A DNA stretch of 16,107 nt, taken from the NCBI GenBank assembly GCA_964449215.1, contig CAYVAH010000016.1, positions 1-16,107 on the forward strand, read 5' to 3'. Shown piece after piece: positions 1 through 6,326 of this stretch (the first letter of the stretch is position 1; each line of letters opens with the position of its first letter). Source of the DNA: Candidatus Undinarchaeota archaeon. GTDB taxonomy: Archaea; SpSt-1190. The notes under the pieces are model-generated. The model saw only the letters and a program-made list of their open reading frames with translations, did no database searches and was not told the DNA's origin. The position numbers were made by a program, and so were the translations under genes.

Positions 1-13
1 TCTGCAGGCATAA

Positions 14-180
14 TGGGAACCGGAGCGGGAAGCGACCGTCCCAGCCGAGGCCCAGCCTCACAACCTTTTTGAAAAGGTTGATCAAAAGGTGCTGTCTTCA
101 CCTCCGGTTCGACAGCACTTATGTATGCAAAGTTGCTCCGTGAGGCAAGCGCTCCGCTCGGCCACCTTCTCACGGTTCAC
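14..180. repeat. Cluster of inverted repeats; structured non-coding element (REP/MITE-like or ncRNA)
   Basis: Stems: tggga(14-18)/tccca(39-43) with cgg(21-23)/ccg(36-38); gaggc(47-51)/gcctc(55-59); caacctttt(61-69)/aaaaggttg(72-80); gtgctgtc(89-96)/gacagcac(111-118); ccgtgag(138-144)/ctcacgg(169-175). Followed by a T-run at 186-191. Confidence 0.6.
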
Positions 181-183
181 CAG

Positions 184-196
184 CCTTTTTTATATC
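184..196 (+). promoter_or_regulatory. Putative archaeal TATA box for the gene starting at 215
   Basis: ccttttttatatc lies about 20-30 nt upstream of GTG 215, the same spacing seen at most genes in the window. Confidence 0.55.
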
Positions 197-214
197 ACCA
201 CAACAATTACTTAC

Positions 215-967
215 GTGAACACCACCGAGGCCTTCCACCTGACAATTGCCACCATACTCTTTGTGGGTCTGTTCTCGTTCATCATGCTACCGCCACCGCT
301 GAACCGGTTCGGGGAGGTTGTGCAGGGTATGGCGTTCACAGCATACAAGATTTCAAGAGCGCTGGGGCTCGTAACAGATGCCACCATGTGCTCAATGGCA
401 GACCAGTGGAACTTTGGAGGAATGACGGCCACGCTGGAAAGTGGGGAAAATGTCAGCTGTGGGCTGTTGAAGGAAAAAAAGATAGCACTTTTGCCAAAGG
501 AAAGGGAGCTCTATGGTGATGAACTCGGCGGGTATGTGCAGGAGGTGTGGATAACTAACAAGCTCGTGGTCAACAAAATGTTCTTCGTCACATATCTCGT
601 CCTTGGGCTGGTTGCTGCAGCGGTGATAACAGACATATTCATAACAATAAGGGGAAAGCAATATGCGGGTATTTCGGGGTTCGGGCTTATGGTGGCACTT
701 GCCCTGTCCATAACCATGGTTTTCGCCCGTCTGGGAATTCTGCCGGAATTGATGGGCCTTTTCGCGAGCGTTGTGGTCGGCCAGTTCGTCCCGGGCGTGT
801 TTCTGATGGCGATGAGCCTCAGTGTTGTCTGGTGGGTGATCAGCCAGATATCCCTGGGGTACCACGTGGCGAAGGAGAGCTACAGGACATTCGCGGCAGT
901 GCGCGTGGCAGCCAGAGCTGATGTGGAGAGGGGAAAGAAAGCGCTGGAGACCGTGGAAAACCGGTAA
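215..967 (+). CDS. Uncharacterised multi-pass membrane protein (about 250 aa), paralog of 1001-1942
   Basis: The ORF track starts at 89, but 89-214 lies in the hairpin region. In-frame GTG 215 follows a TATA box and gives an N-terminal hydrophobic helix, a soluble loop with two Cys, about 3-4 C-terminal TM helices and a charged tail (ADVERG). Confidence 0.8.
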   Translation: MNTTEAFHLTIATILFVGLFSFIMLPPPLNRFGEVVQGMAFTAYKISRALGLVTDATMCSMADQWNFGGMTATLESGENVSCGLLKEKKIALLPKERELYGDELGGYVQEVWITNKLVVNKMFFVTYLVLGLVAAAVITDIFITIRGKQYAGISGFGLMVALALSITMVFARLGILPELMGLFASVVVGQFVPGVFLMAMSLSVVWWVISQISLGYHVAKESYRTFAAVRVAARADVERGKKALETVENR

Positions 968-978
968 AAGCTTATATC
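966..978 (+). promoter_or_regulatory. Putative BRE-TATA
   Basis: aaaag-cttatatc, about 23-30 nt upstream of ATG 1001. Confidence 0.6.
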
Positions 979-1000
979 TAACTACTGGAAGGTAACTTAT

Positions 1001-1942
1001 ATGAGATACGAAGGACTGCTTCTGGCAGTTTTGATGGTATCCGCAATGGTGGCTCCCGCAGCCGCACAGGGACTTACAGGGGAACGGATTGAAAAGAGCC
1101 TGAATCCACTTGTGGCGCTTATCCAGGGTGTCACAAGAATTGGCTGGACCCTCACAAAGCTGTTCGTGGGAATGGACGAGGCGAGCATGGCTTACTTCGC
1201 GTATGAGCTTGGCTTCAGGAGGGATGAAGTCTATGTGGATGACCTGGACGTCTACACGGACCTGACAATGACCTCCACAACCACAAAGGACTGCAGCGTG
1301 GGTTCCTTCGCAGAGTATGACATTGGTGGCCCCTACGATGGGGTCATACATGCAAGATGCACAGATAATGCGAATGAAGATGAAGTGGATCCGAAAGACA
1401 TGGTGTGGACTGACTACAACACAACGCTCAACATGAACAACATAAACGATGCTAATGAGGACGGCAGGAAAGACCTCGCAGATGTGTTCCACTACATCAG
1501 CTATGGACTTTCCAAAAACGTTGAAGTTTCCAACAGCGCCAAGGGGCAGATAATGCTGTTCGCCCTGTTGATACCGCTCGGGATGCTCACATTCATGCTG
1601 TATGACTTCTTCCTGAGCACGGGAATTCTACACAGGGGAACTTCAACAATAATCAGCCTGGGAATCGCGCTGATAGCCGCAAGGTCAGGGGTTTACACGG
1701 CGCTTTTGCGGATGATAAGCGACATATTCGGAGCAGGAGGGTTCTTCCTGAGCATGCTTAGCATCTACCTGATTCTCGCCATACTGTTCTGGTTCTACGG
1801 CGGAATCCTGAGGAGCAAGGCAATTGCGGAAAAGGAGGAAATGGTGGCCAACGCAGTGGTCGCAGGATTCGCAGCGGACCTCAGCAGGGGACTCCTGCAG
1901 AAACAGACCGCGAAGAAGATGGCTGAGGAGGAAAAGAAATAA
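1001..1942 (+). CDS. Uncharacterised membrane protein (313 aa) with signal peptide, acidic extracellular domain bearing an EF-hand/dockerin-like loop, and C-terminal TM bundle
   Basis: Signal peptide MRYEGLLLAVLMVSAMVAPAAA/Q; Asp-rich domain with DANEDGRKDLAD; 3-4 TM helices; tail ADLSRG matching the upstream paralog. Confidence 0.88.
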   Translation: MRYEGLLLAVLMVSAMVAPAAAQGLTGERIEKSLNPLVALIQGVTRIGWTLTKLFVGMDEASMAYFAYELGFRRDEVYVDDLDVYTDLTMTSTTTKDCSVGSFAEYDIGGPYDGVIHARCTDNANEDEVDPKDMVWTDYNTTLNMNNINDANEDGRKDLADVFHYISYGLSKNVEVSNSAKGQIMLFALLIPLGMLTFMLYDFFLSTGILHRGTSTIISLGIALIAARSGVYTALLRMISDIFGAGGFFLSMLSIYLILAILFWFYGGILRSKAIAEKEEMVANAVVAGFAADLSRGLLQKQTAKKMAEEEKK

Positions 1943-1949
1943 CCCCCTC

Positions 1950-1961
1950 TTTTATTTTTTT
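1950..1961 (+). terminator. Putative oligo-T archaeal terminator
   Basis: ttttattttttt a few nt after the stop at 1942. Confidence 0.5.
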
Positions 1962-2002
1962 ATAACGGGAAAGCTTTTTTACTTGGGGGTGGCTTTATTT
2001 CC

Positions 2003-2524
2003 GTGGCTGTGAATTTCACGCTGAATGAAAGCGTGGGGATGCTGCAGGAAGTGGGATTTTTCAATTATATCCTGCCCTTGGGCATATTTTTCCTCATACT
2101 CTACGGGATACTGGATAAGTACGGGATAATAAGCAAGGACAAGAGGGTGAACGCGCTGACCTCGCTGCTCATCTCGGCATTCATACTGCTCTATGCCTAT
2201 GTCAATCAGCTGGAATGGTTTTTCTCCCTGTTCTATACCAAGATGAGCATTGCCATACTGATTCTTCTGTTCGCAATGACCCTGGCTGTTTTCAGCTTCA
2301 GGGCGCTTGACGAAAACAACATGATTCCAGCGGGAAAGAAGAAGGTCTGGAGTGCCGCCATGATAATAATGTCGGTGCTGATAATGAGCGCCGCTTTTGA
2401 AAGCGCACCGGCACCCCTCGGGGACTGGGCAGCTGACGTCAGCGGGATTGTCCTGTCGCTCGGAATTCTCGGCGCGGTTCTGTCCTGGTTCATCGGTGGC
2501 GGGGAGGAAACGGGTGAGAAGTGA
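2003..2524 (+). CDS. Uncharacterised membrane protein with about 5 TM helices (173 aa)
   Basis: GFFNYILPLGIFFLILYGILDK...KRVNALTSLLIS motif, ending SWFIGGGEETGEK. TATA-like aaagcttttttact at about 1970-1983. Resembles, from memory, a hypothetical membrane family common in DPANN genomes. Confidence 0.88.
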   Translation: MAVNFTLNESVGMLQEVGFFNYILPLGIFFLILYGILDKYGIISKDKRVNALTSLLISAFILLYAYVNQLEWFFSLFYTKMSIAILILLFAMTLAVFSFRALDENNMIPAGKKKVWSAAMIIMSVLIMSAAFESAPAPLGDWAADVSGIVLSLGILGAVLSWFIGGGEETGEK

Positions 2525-2850
2525 TGGGAATAGCTGAAGTCGTGGCGAAGGCAGCCAGCATGGGTTTCTACCAGTTCTTCGCCCCATTTGCGCTGGTATT
2601 CCTGCTCACATACGGGGTGCTGCTGAAGTTCAAGCCCTTCGGGGATTGGAAGGACAATACCGCAGTGAGCATGATTTACGGCGTTGTGTCATTCCTGGTC
2701 GGCACCTTTGTGCTGCTCTTCGGCCTGAACGTCTACATAGAGACCTTCCTCGCCTGGGTGCTGGGAAGGGCGGGCATCATAATGATTCTGTTGCTGGCCG
2801 GTCTGATAATAGCCGCCTTTGGATTCGGAGGGAGCAAACTTGGTGAATGA
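2524..2850 (+). CDS. Membrane protein (about 108 aa) matching the N-terminal part of 2003-2524
   Basis: GFYQFFAPFALVFLLTYGVLLK aligns with GFFNYILPLGIFFLILYGILDK. TGATG stop/start overlap with the upstream gene; gggtgag SD-like at 2512-2518. Confidence 0.85.
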   Translation: MGIAEVVAKAASMGFYQFFAPFALVFLLTYGVLLKFKPFGDWKDNTAVSMIYGVVSFLVGTFVLLFGLNVYIETFLAWVLGRAGIIMILLLAGLIIAAFGFGGSKLGE

Positions 2851-3052
2851 ACGGCAGATCTGGGTCGTGGTTGGTCTTGCGATACTCGCATTCCTTGTGG
2901 TGACAACCCCCGGCTGGCAGGAAGTCCTGGGATTCAATTTCGAGCTCAACCTCGGCAAGTACGCCCCCGCTCTCATCCTCCTCGGGTTCATGGGCGCACT
3001 GGTCGCTTTCGTTCTTGTGGGGGGGAATCAGGGCGGTGAAGGCGGGGAATAA
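2843..3052 (+). CDS. Small 2-TM membrane protein (about 69 aa) matching the C-terminal part of 2003-2524
   Basis: GTG 2843 with ggagggag at 2827-2834, overlapping the upstream stop by 8 nt. LILLGFMGALVAFVLVGGNQGGE resembles VLSLGILGAVLSWFIGGGEETGE. Confidence 0.75.
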   Translation: MNERQIWVVVGLAILAFLVVTTPGWQEVLGFNFELNLGKYAPALILLGFMGALVAFVLVGGNQGGEGGE

Positions 3053-3087
3053 AAAGTGTTATAAACTCTTAAGTAGTATCATAATTT

Positions 3088-3630
3088 ATGATGGACAATG
3101 AAAGGATAAGGAAGTACCTGGAAAACCCAACAAGGGCAAACCTCAACTTAATTGAAACGTGGTGGATGGACAGGAAGAAAATCAAAATCCCGGATGATGC
3201 TCTGAAATCCGTAATAGAGAAGTTGCTCAAAGGTTACGACGAATCCAGTGCGCCGGAGTTTGAACGAATGACACCAAACACCTACGGATTGACTCAAATA
3301 TCGAAGTTCGTCAAAGGGGGGGAGAAAAAGATCAAGCAGTTGCTGAAAGAACAGTTCTTCCATGAAATTTCAAATACCTATGACAGAATAATTGACAGTT
3401 ATGCCAAAACAGGGGAAAGAGTAGTCCTATACTCAATAAAGCCCCTCTTCGAGCTAACAGAAGAACCACTGTCACGTAACCAAGTCGTGCGTATCCTAGA
3501 GAAAGCAGGAGAAATGAAACAAAGCCTGGATGGCCTCTGGGATATAATGGAAAAGTCCTCGGAAAAACTGCTGAAATCCTACAAAAAGTTGCCCAGAATG
3601 ATAAACAAAACCACATTCTACGTCAAATAA
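3088..3630 (+). CDS. Hypothetical soluble Lys/Glu-rich helical protein (180 aa)
   Basis: Clean ORF, TATA ttataaa at 3059-3065, oligo-T after the stop, visibly more A/T-rich than its neighbours. No motif recognised. Confidence 0.75.
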   Translation: MMDNERIRKYLENPTRANLNLIETWWMDRKKIKIPDDALKSVIEKLLKGYDESSAPEFERMTPNTYGLTQISKFVKGGEKKIKQLLKEQFFHEISNTYDRIIDSYAKTGERVVLYSIKPLFELTEEPLSRNQVVRILEKAGEMKQSLDGLWDIMEKSSEKLLKSYKKLPRMINKTTFYVK

Positions 3631-3645
3631 TTTTTTTATTTTTTT
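3631..3645 (+). terminator. Oligo-T tract between convergent genes
   Basis: tttttttattttttt between the stop at 3630 (+) and the endA stop at 3644 (-). Confidence 0.55.
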
Positions 3646-4162
3646 ATAGCAGCACTCTGGCATTCTGTATGTAGGTGACGTCCAGCTCCTTGTCCACAAC
3701 GGCAATCACAAGGCTCTTTTTCACGGAGTGCGCCACCCTGTTTATTCCCACAAGGGTCTTCATCTCCAGGCTGTCGTGCTCGCCAAGCACCCACACCAGA
3801 AACTTGGAGTGCTCCCTGGAAGCCCCGCGGGTGGGTTTCACACCCTTTTCATAGACGCGAAAGTCCGCCCCATACTTTGCACCCGCCCTGACCACATACC
3901 CCCTGGTCCGGAGGTCCCTGTAAACGGCATACCTCTGGAGAAAACCCTTCCTTTTCCGTGAAAAGAATTTTCTCACCTCTTCTGGGGACATCCCGGCATC
4001 AAGGTCTCCTTTCTCAACCAGGAACAGAACCTCCTCGGGGAAGAGCCACCTCCGCCCCTCCGCCTTCTCGCCAAAGCCTTTCTCGGCAAGGAAAGTGGCC
4101 TCGGAGAAACCCCCTTCCGGAACCAGCTCAACGGGTTGAGAACGTCTGCGTCCCCTCGTCAT
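3644..4162 (-). CDS. endA: tRNA-splicing endonuclease, single catalytic unit (about 172 aa)
   Basis: EVLFLVEKG; YAVYRDLRTRGYVVRAGAKYGADFRVY (catalytic Tyr); EHS (His); RVAHSVKK (Lys). ATG 4162 chosen as start; GTG 4174 is an alternative. Confidence 0.95.
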   Translation of the reverse strand: MTRGRRRSQPVELVPEGGFSEATFLAEKGFGEKAEGRRWLFPEEVLFLVEKGDLDAGMSPEEVRKFFSRKRKGFLQRYAVYRDLRTRGYVVRAGAKYGADFRVYEKGVKPTRGASREHSKFLVWVLGEHDSLEMKTLVGINRVAHSVKKSLVIAVVDKELDVTYIQNARVLL

Positions 4163-4514
4163 AAACCACAACACCCTTTTTCATCAACGGCTTGAGACGG
4201 TTGAACAGAGTATCCCGCACCGTTTCCTCAATACCCTCCCCCTTGAGAGCAGCATTCACATCCACAACATTCAGGGGCCCCTTCTCCTTCAGCACCTTGA
4301 TAACGGGATTTCTCAAATTCGCCGATACCGGAACTGCTGGTGTGGCCTTCGAACCCTCCCGGACCTTTACGGGGACAAGCACCGGCTCCTGCGCAGTGGC
4401 GGCTTTTGCACCCCTCCCTTCCAGCTTCGCCACCCTCGCCTTCAGGTCCTCGACCTCCTTCCAGAGCTGCTCGACCTTGTGCTTCCAGTAGCCCCAGTAA
4501 GACTCCCCAGCCAT
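4128..4514 (-). CDS. Hypothetical protein: N-terminal coiled coil, linker and C-terminal winged helix-turn-helix-like domain (128 aa)
   Basis: KVEQLWKEVEDLKARVAKLEG heptads; VIKVLKEKGPLNVVDVNAAL...TLFNRLKPLMKKGVVVYDEGTQTF fits a wHTH pattern; overlaps the endA start. Confidence 0.8.
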   Translation of the reverse strand: MAGESYWGYWKHKVEQLWKEVEDLKARVAKLEGRGAKAATAQEPVLVPVKVREGSKATPAVPVSANLRNPVIKVLKEKGPLNVVDVNAALKGEGIEETVRDTLFNRLKPLMKKGVVVYDEGTQTFSTR

Positions 4515-4545
4515 ACCCTTATATTGCGCAGGAGGTTTATAATAC
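4515..4545. promoter_or_regulatory. Interleaved divergent promoters
   Basis: cttatatt (4518-4525) is 21-28 nt upstream of GTG 4546 (+). tttataat (4536-4543) is 22-29 nt upstream of ATG 4514 (-). ggagg at 4531-4535. Confidence 0.55.
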
Positions 4546-4731
4546 GTGTTGATTGAAACCGCGCTTTCGCTGAGCGCCCTGCTGCTCTACAGGAAAACGC
4601 GGCTGCGCCCCCTGCTTTACTGCGCCGTTTCCGTGTGGCTCGCCTACTTCTGGCGGCCGCTCCTGCTCGCCCTGATAGCTTCGCTGTTTCTACTCCTGAG
4701 AGATGCGAGAAGCCTGGCAACCCTTAAATAA
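4546..4731 (+). CDS. Small hydrophobic membrane protein (61 aa)
   Basis: Leu/Ala-rich with 2-3 short hydrophobic stretches; fills the gap exactly, with TATA and SD-like signals upstream. Confidence 0.6.
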   Translation: MLIETALSLSALLLYRKTRLRPLLYCAVSVWLAYFWRPLLLALIASLFLLLRDARSLATLK

Positions 4732-4751
4732 CTCCGCGCCTTGGTTTTTCG

Positions 4752-5093
4752 ATGCAGGGGGAGACAAACAAGAGGCTCAGCGGAATCGAAGAGCGCGTGA
4801 GAATCATTGAATCCAGAACGGAGGAACTCGCCAACCGCTTCGAGAGCTTCCGGATGAACACCATACGGTCACAGAGAGACCATGATGAAAAGATAAAGAC
4901 ATTGATAAGAGCGGCAGCTGAACTCAAAAGGCGAACCGATGAGTCGAAGGAAATACTGCGACGCATAGAGAGCCGGCTCCTGAAAACGGCGAGCCGTGCT
5001 GAGATAAAGGAAATTGAAGCCTACCTTAATCTGCTTAACCCTGTCAATCTGGTCACGAGGAAAGAACTGGAAAGAATGTTAAAAGGTGATTGA
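4752..5093 (+). CDS. Uncharacterised coiled-coil protein (113 aa)
   Basis: Continuous heptad pattern ending AEIKEIEAYLNLLNPVNLVTRKELERML; TATA ttaaata at 4724-4730; coupled to the next gene. Confidence 0.85.
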   Translation: MQGETNKRLSGIEERVRIIESRTEELANRFESFRMNTIRSQRDHDEKIKTLIRAAAELKRRTDESKEILRRIESRLLKTASRAEIKEIEAYLNLLNPVNLVTRKELERMLKGD

Positions 5094-5094
5094 A

Positions 5095-5709
5095 ATGGGA
5101 TTGCTTGGAAGAATATTTGGTAAAGGAAAGAAGGAAGGTGCGGGTGACCTGACCACCCGGATAATATCAATGAGGCAGCAAGGGATGCCCGACCCGGAGA
5201 TTGCGGAGACTCTTTCGAAGGAGGGTGTGCCACCTGAGGCTATCGATGATGCCATGGCACACGCCAACGAAGGGGCGATGCCACCGCTCCCACCGCCGCC
5301 GCCTGGAATGCCAGCGCCTCCCCCTGCGCCCCCTGCTCCAGCGGGGCCCCCGGGGCAGGTAGCAGAGCTTGAAACTGAATCGGAGGACGTTGAGGCCCTT
5401 GTGGAAAAGCTTGTGGCCGAAAAAACGGAAGGAATGGAAGTCCGAGTCAAGGATGTCGAGGCGGACATGGGGAAGGTGAGGGCGGACATACAGGAACTGA
5501 AAAACACCGTCACGGAGCTGAAGCAGAAATATGCCGGACTCCAGGAGGAGAGCCTGGGGAAGATTGAGGAATACGCGAAGGAACTCGAGAATGTCGGCGC
5601 TCAGATAAAGGCCATGCAGAAGATTCTGCAGCAGATAATTCCGCAGCTCGGTGAGAACATCGCCCAGCTCCAGCGCGTTGTGGGGCAGGTCAAGAAAAAC
5701 AAGAAGTAG
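5095..5709 (+). CDS. Uncharacterised protein (about 204 aa): N-terminal amphipathic helix, small helical domain, poly-Pro linker, long coiled coil
   Basis: SD aggtga at 5084-5089 favours ATG 5095 (MGLLGRIFGKGKK); MRQQGMPDPEIAETLSKEGVPPEAIDDAM; PPLPPPPPGMPAPPPAPPAPAGPPG; C-terminal heptads. Confidence 0.88.
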   Translation: MGLLGRIFGKGKKEGAGDLTTRIISMRQQGMPDPEIAETLSKEGVPPEAIDDAMAHANEGAMPPLPPPPPGMPAPPPAPPAPAGPPGQVAELETESEDVEALVEKLVAEKTEGMEVRVKDVEADMGKVRADIQELKNTVTELKQKYAGLQEESLGKIEEYAKELENVGAQIKAMQKILQQIIPQLGENIAQLQRVVGQVKKNKK

Positions 5710-6324
5710 CTACAGCCGGTAGGTCACGTAGCCATGCGGGTAGCCCAGGCTTAGCAGTGAGTAGTAGTCGGTGCCAAGGTTGAGCTTGAGGGCAGTCCTT
5801 TTCAGGGCTATCGAGTTGATGTCGAACATGTACCGGAACACCAACCCGAGGGTCAGCCCAAAAACGTGGAAAAGCTTTGACCAGGCCTTGCAGGTGAAGC
5901 ACTCCTCAAAAAGTATCATGGGGAGGAGAGCCGCATAGGACAGGGGGAGCGGAACCACCCCCACAAGGTCAGGGAGCAGGTAACCTATCATGCCATAGAT
6001 ACCGGCTGACGCTCCGATTATGGGCTGGGCAAACATAACTGGAATAAAAAGGGGGACCACGGAGGAAGCGAAGAACACCCCGATAAGGCGGCGCTCGTCC
6101 TCACCGGTCCGGTGGGCGAGCAACCACACCAGCAGGAGGGCCACCAGGTTGAGGGCCAGGTGTGACTGCGAGGCGTGGGAAACCATGAACAGCGGGTCCG
6201 GGTGCGAAGGCGAGAAGAAATGACCTGCTGAAAAGGGGAAAAAGGCAATGAGAAAGACGGCGAGCATGAGGATTAGCACATAGAAAAAAGGAAAAGGAAA
6301 TAAAAAAGGGTGGCGGTTATTCAC
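5710..6324 (-). CDS. Rhomboid-family intramembrane serine protease (about 204 aa)
   Basis: HASQSHLALNL (HxxxN), GASAGIYG (catalytic Ser), FHVFGLTLG (catalytic His, HxxGxxxG), about 6 TM helices. Start is GTG 6324 or TTG 6330, at the upstream stop; the ORF-track extension to 6402 overlaps the upstream gene. Confidence 0.88.
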   Translation of the reverse strand: MNNRHPFLFPFPFFYVLILMLAVFLIAFFPFSAGHFFSPSHPDPLFMVSHASQSHLALNLVALLLVWLLAHRTGEDERRLIGVFFASSVVPLFIPVMFAQPIIGASAGIYGMIGYLLPDLVGVVPLPLSYAALLPMILFEECFTCKAWSKLFHVFGLTLGLVFRYMFDINSIALKRTALKLNLGTDYYSLLSLGYPHGYVTYRL

Positions 6325-6326
6325 CC

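Noticed and set aside
100..120. GGTTCGAC resembling a tRNA T-loop
   Set aside because: No T-stem pairing or cloverleaf can be built around it.
89..214. N-terminal extension of the first ORF (GTG 89) and overlapping ORF 121-519
   Set aside because: Runs through the hairpin cluster with unnatural composition; the TATA plus GTG 215 and the paralog alignment explain the gene better.
392..2587. Minus-strand ORFs of 366 aa and 202 aa
   Set aside because: Antisense to well-supported membrane genes, with His/Gln-rich shadow composition.
215..3052. Naming the membrane array as Ced/Ted, T4SS, Sec/Tat or A-type ATPase subunits
   Set aside because: No diagnostic motifs, and no VirB4/HerA ATPase or class III signal peptide is visible; kept only as a hypothesis to test.
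3088..3630. HEPN-like toxin call for the 180-aa orphan
   Set aside because: Only a vague helical resemblance; no Rx4-6H motif and no adjacent nucleotidyltransferase.
4752..5093. Archaellum accessory ArlC/FlaC assignment
   Set aside because: Similarity is limited to a coiled coil plus an NP motif, and no archaellum genes are nearby.
5281..5355. Poly-Pro tract as a formin FH1-like or DNA tandem repeat
   Set aside because: Codons vary, so it is not a DNA repeat, and there is no actin-related context; best read as a linker.
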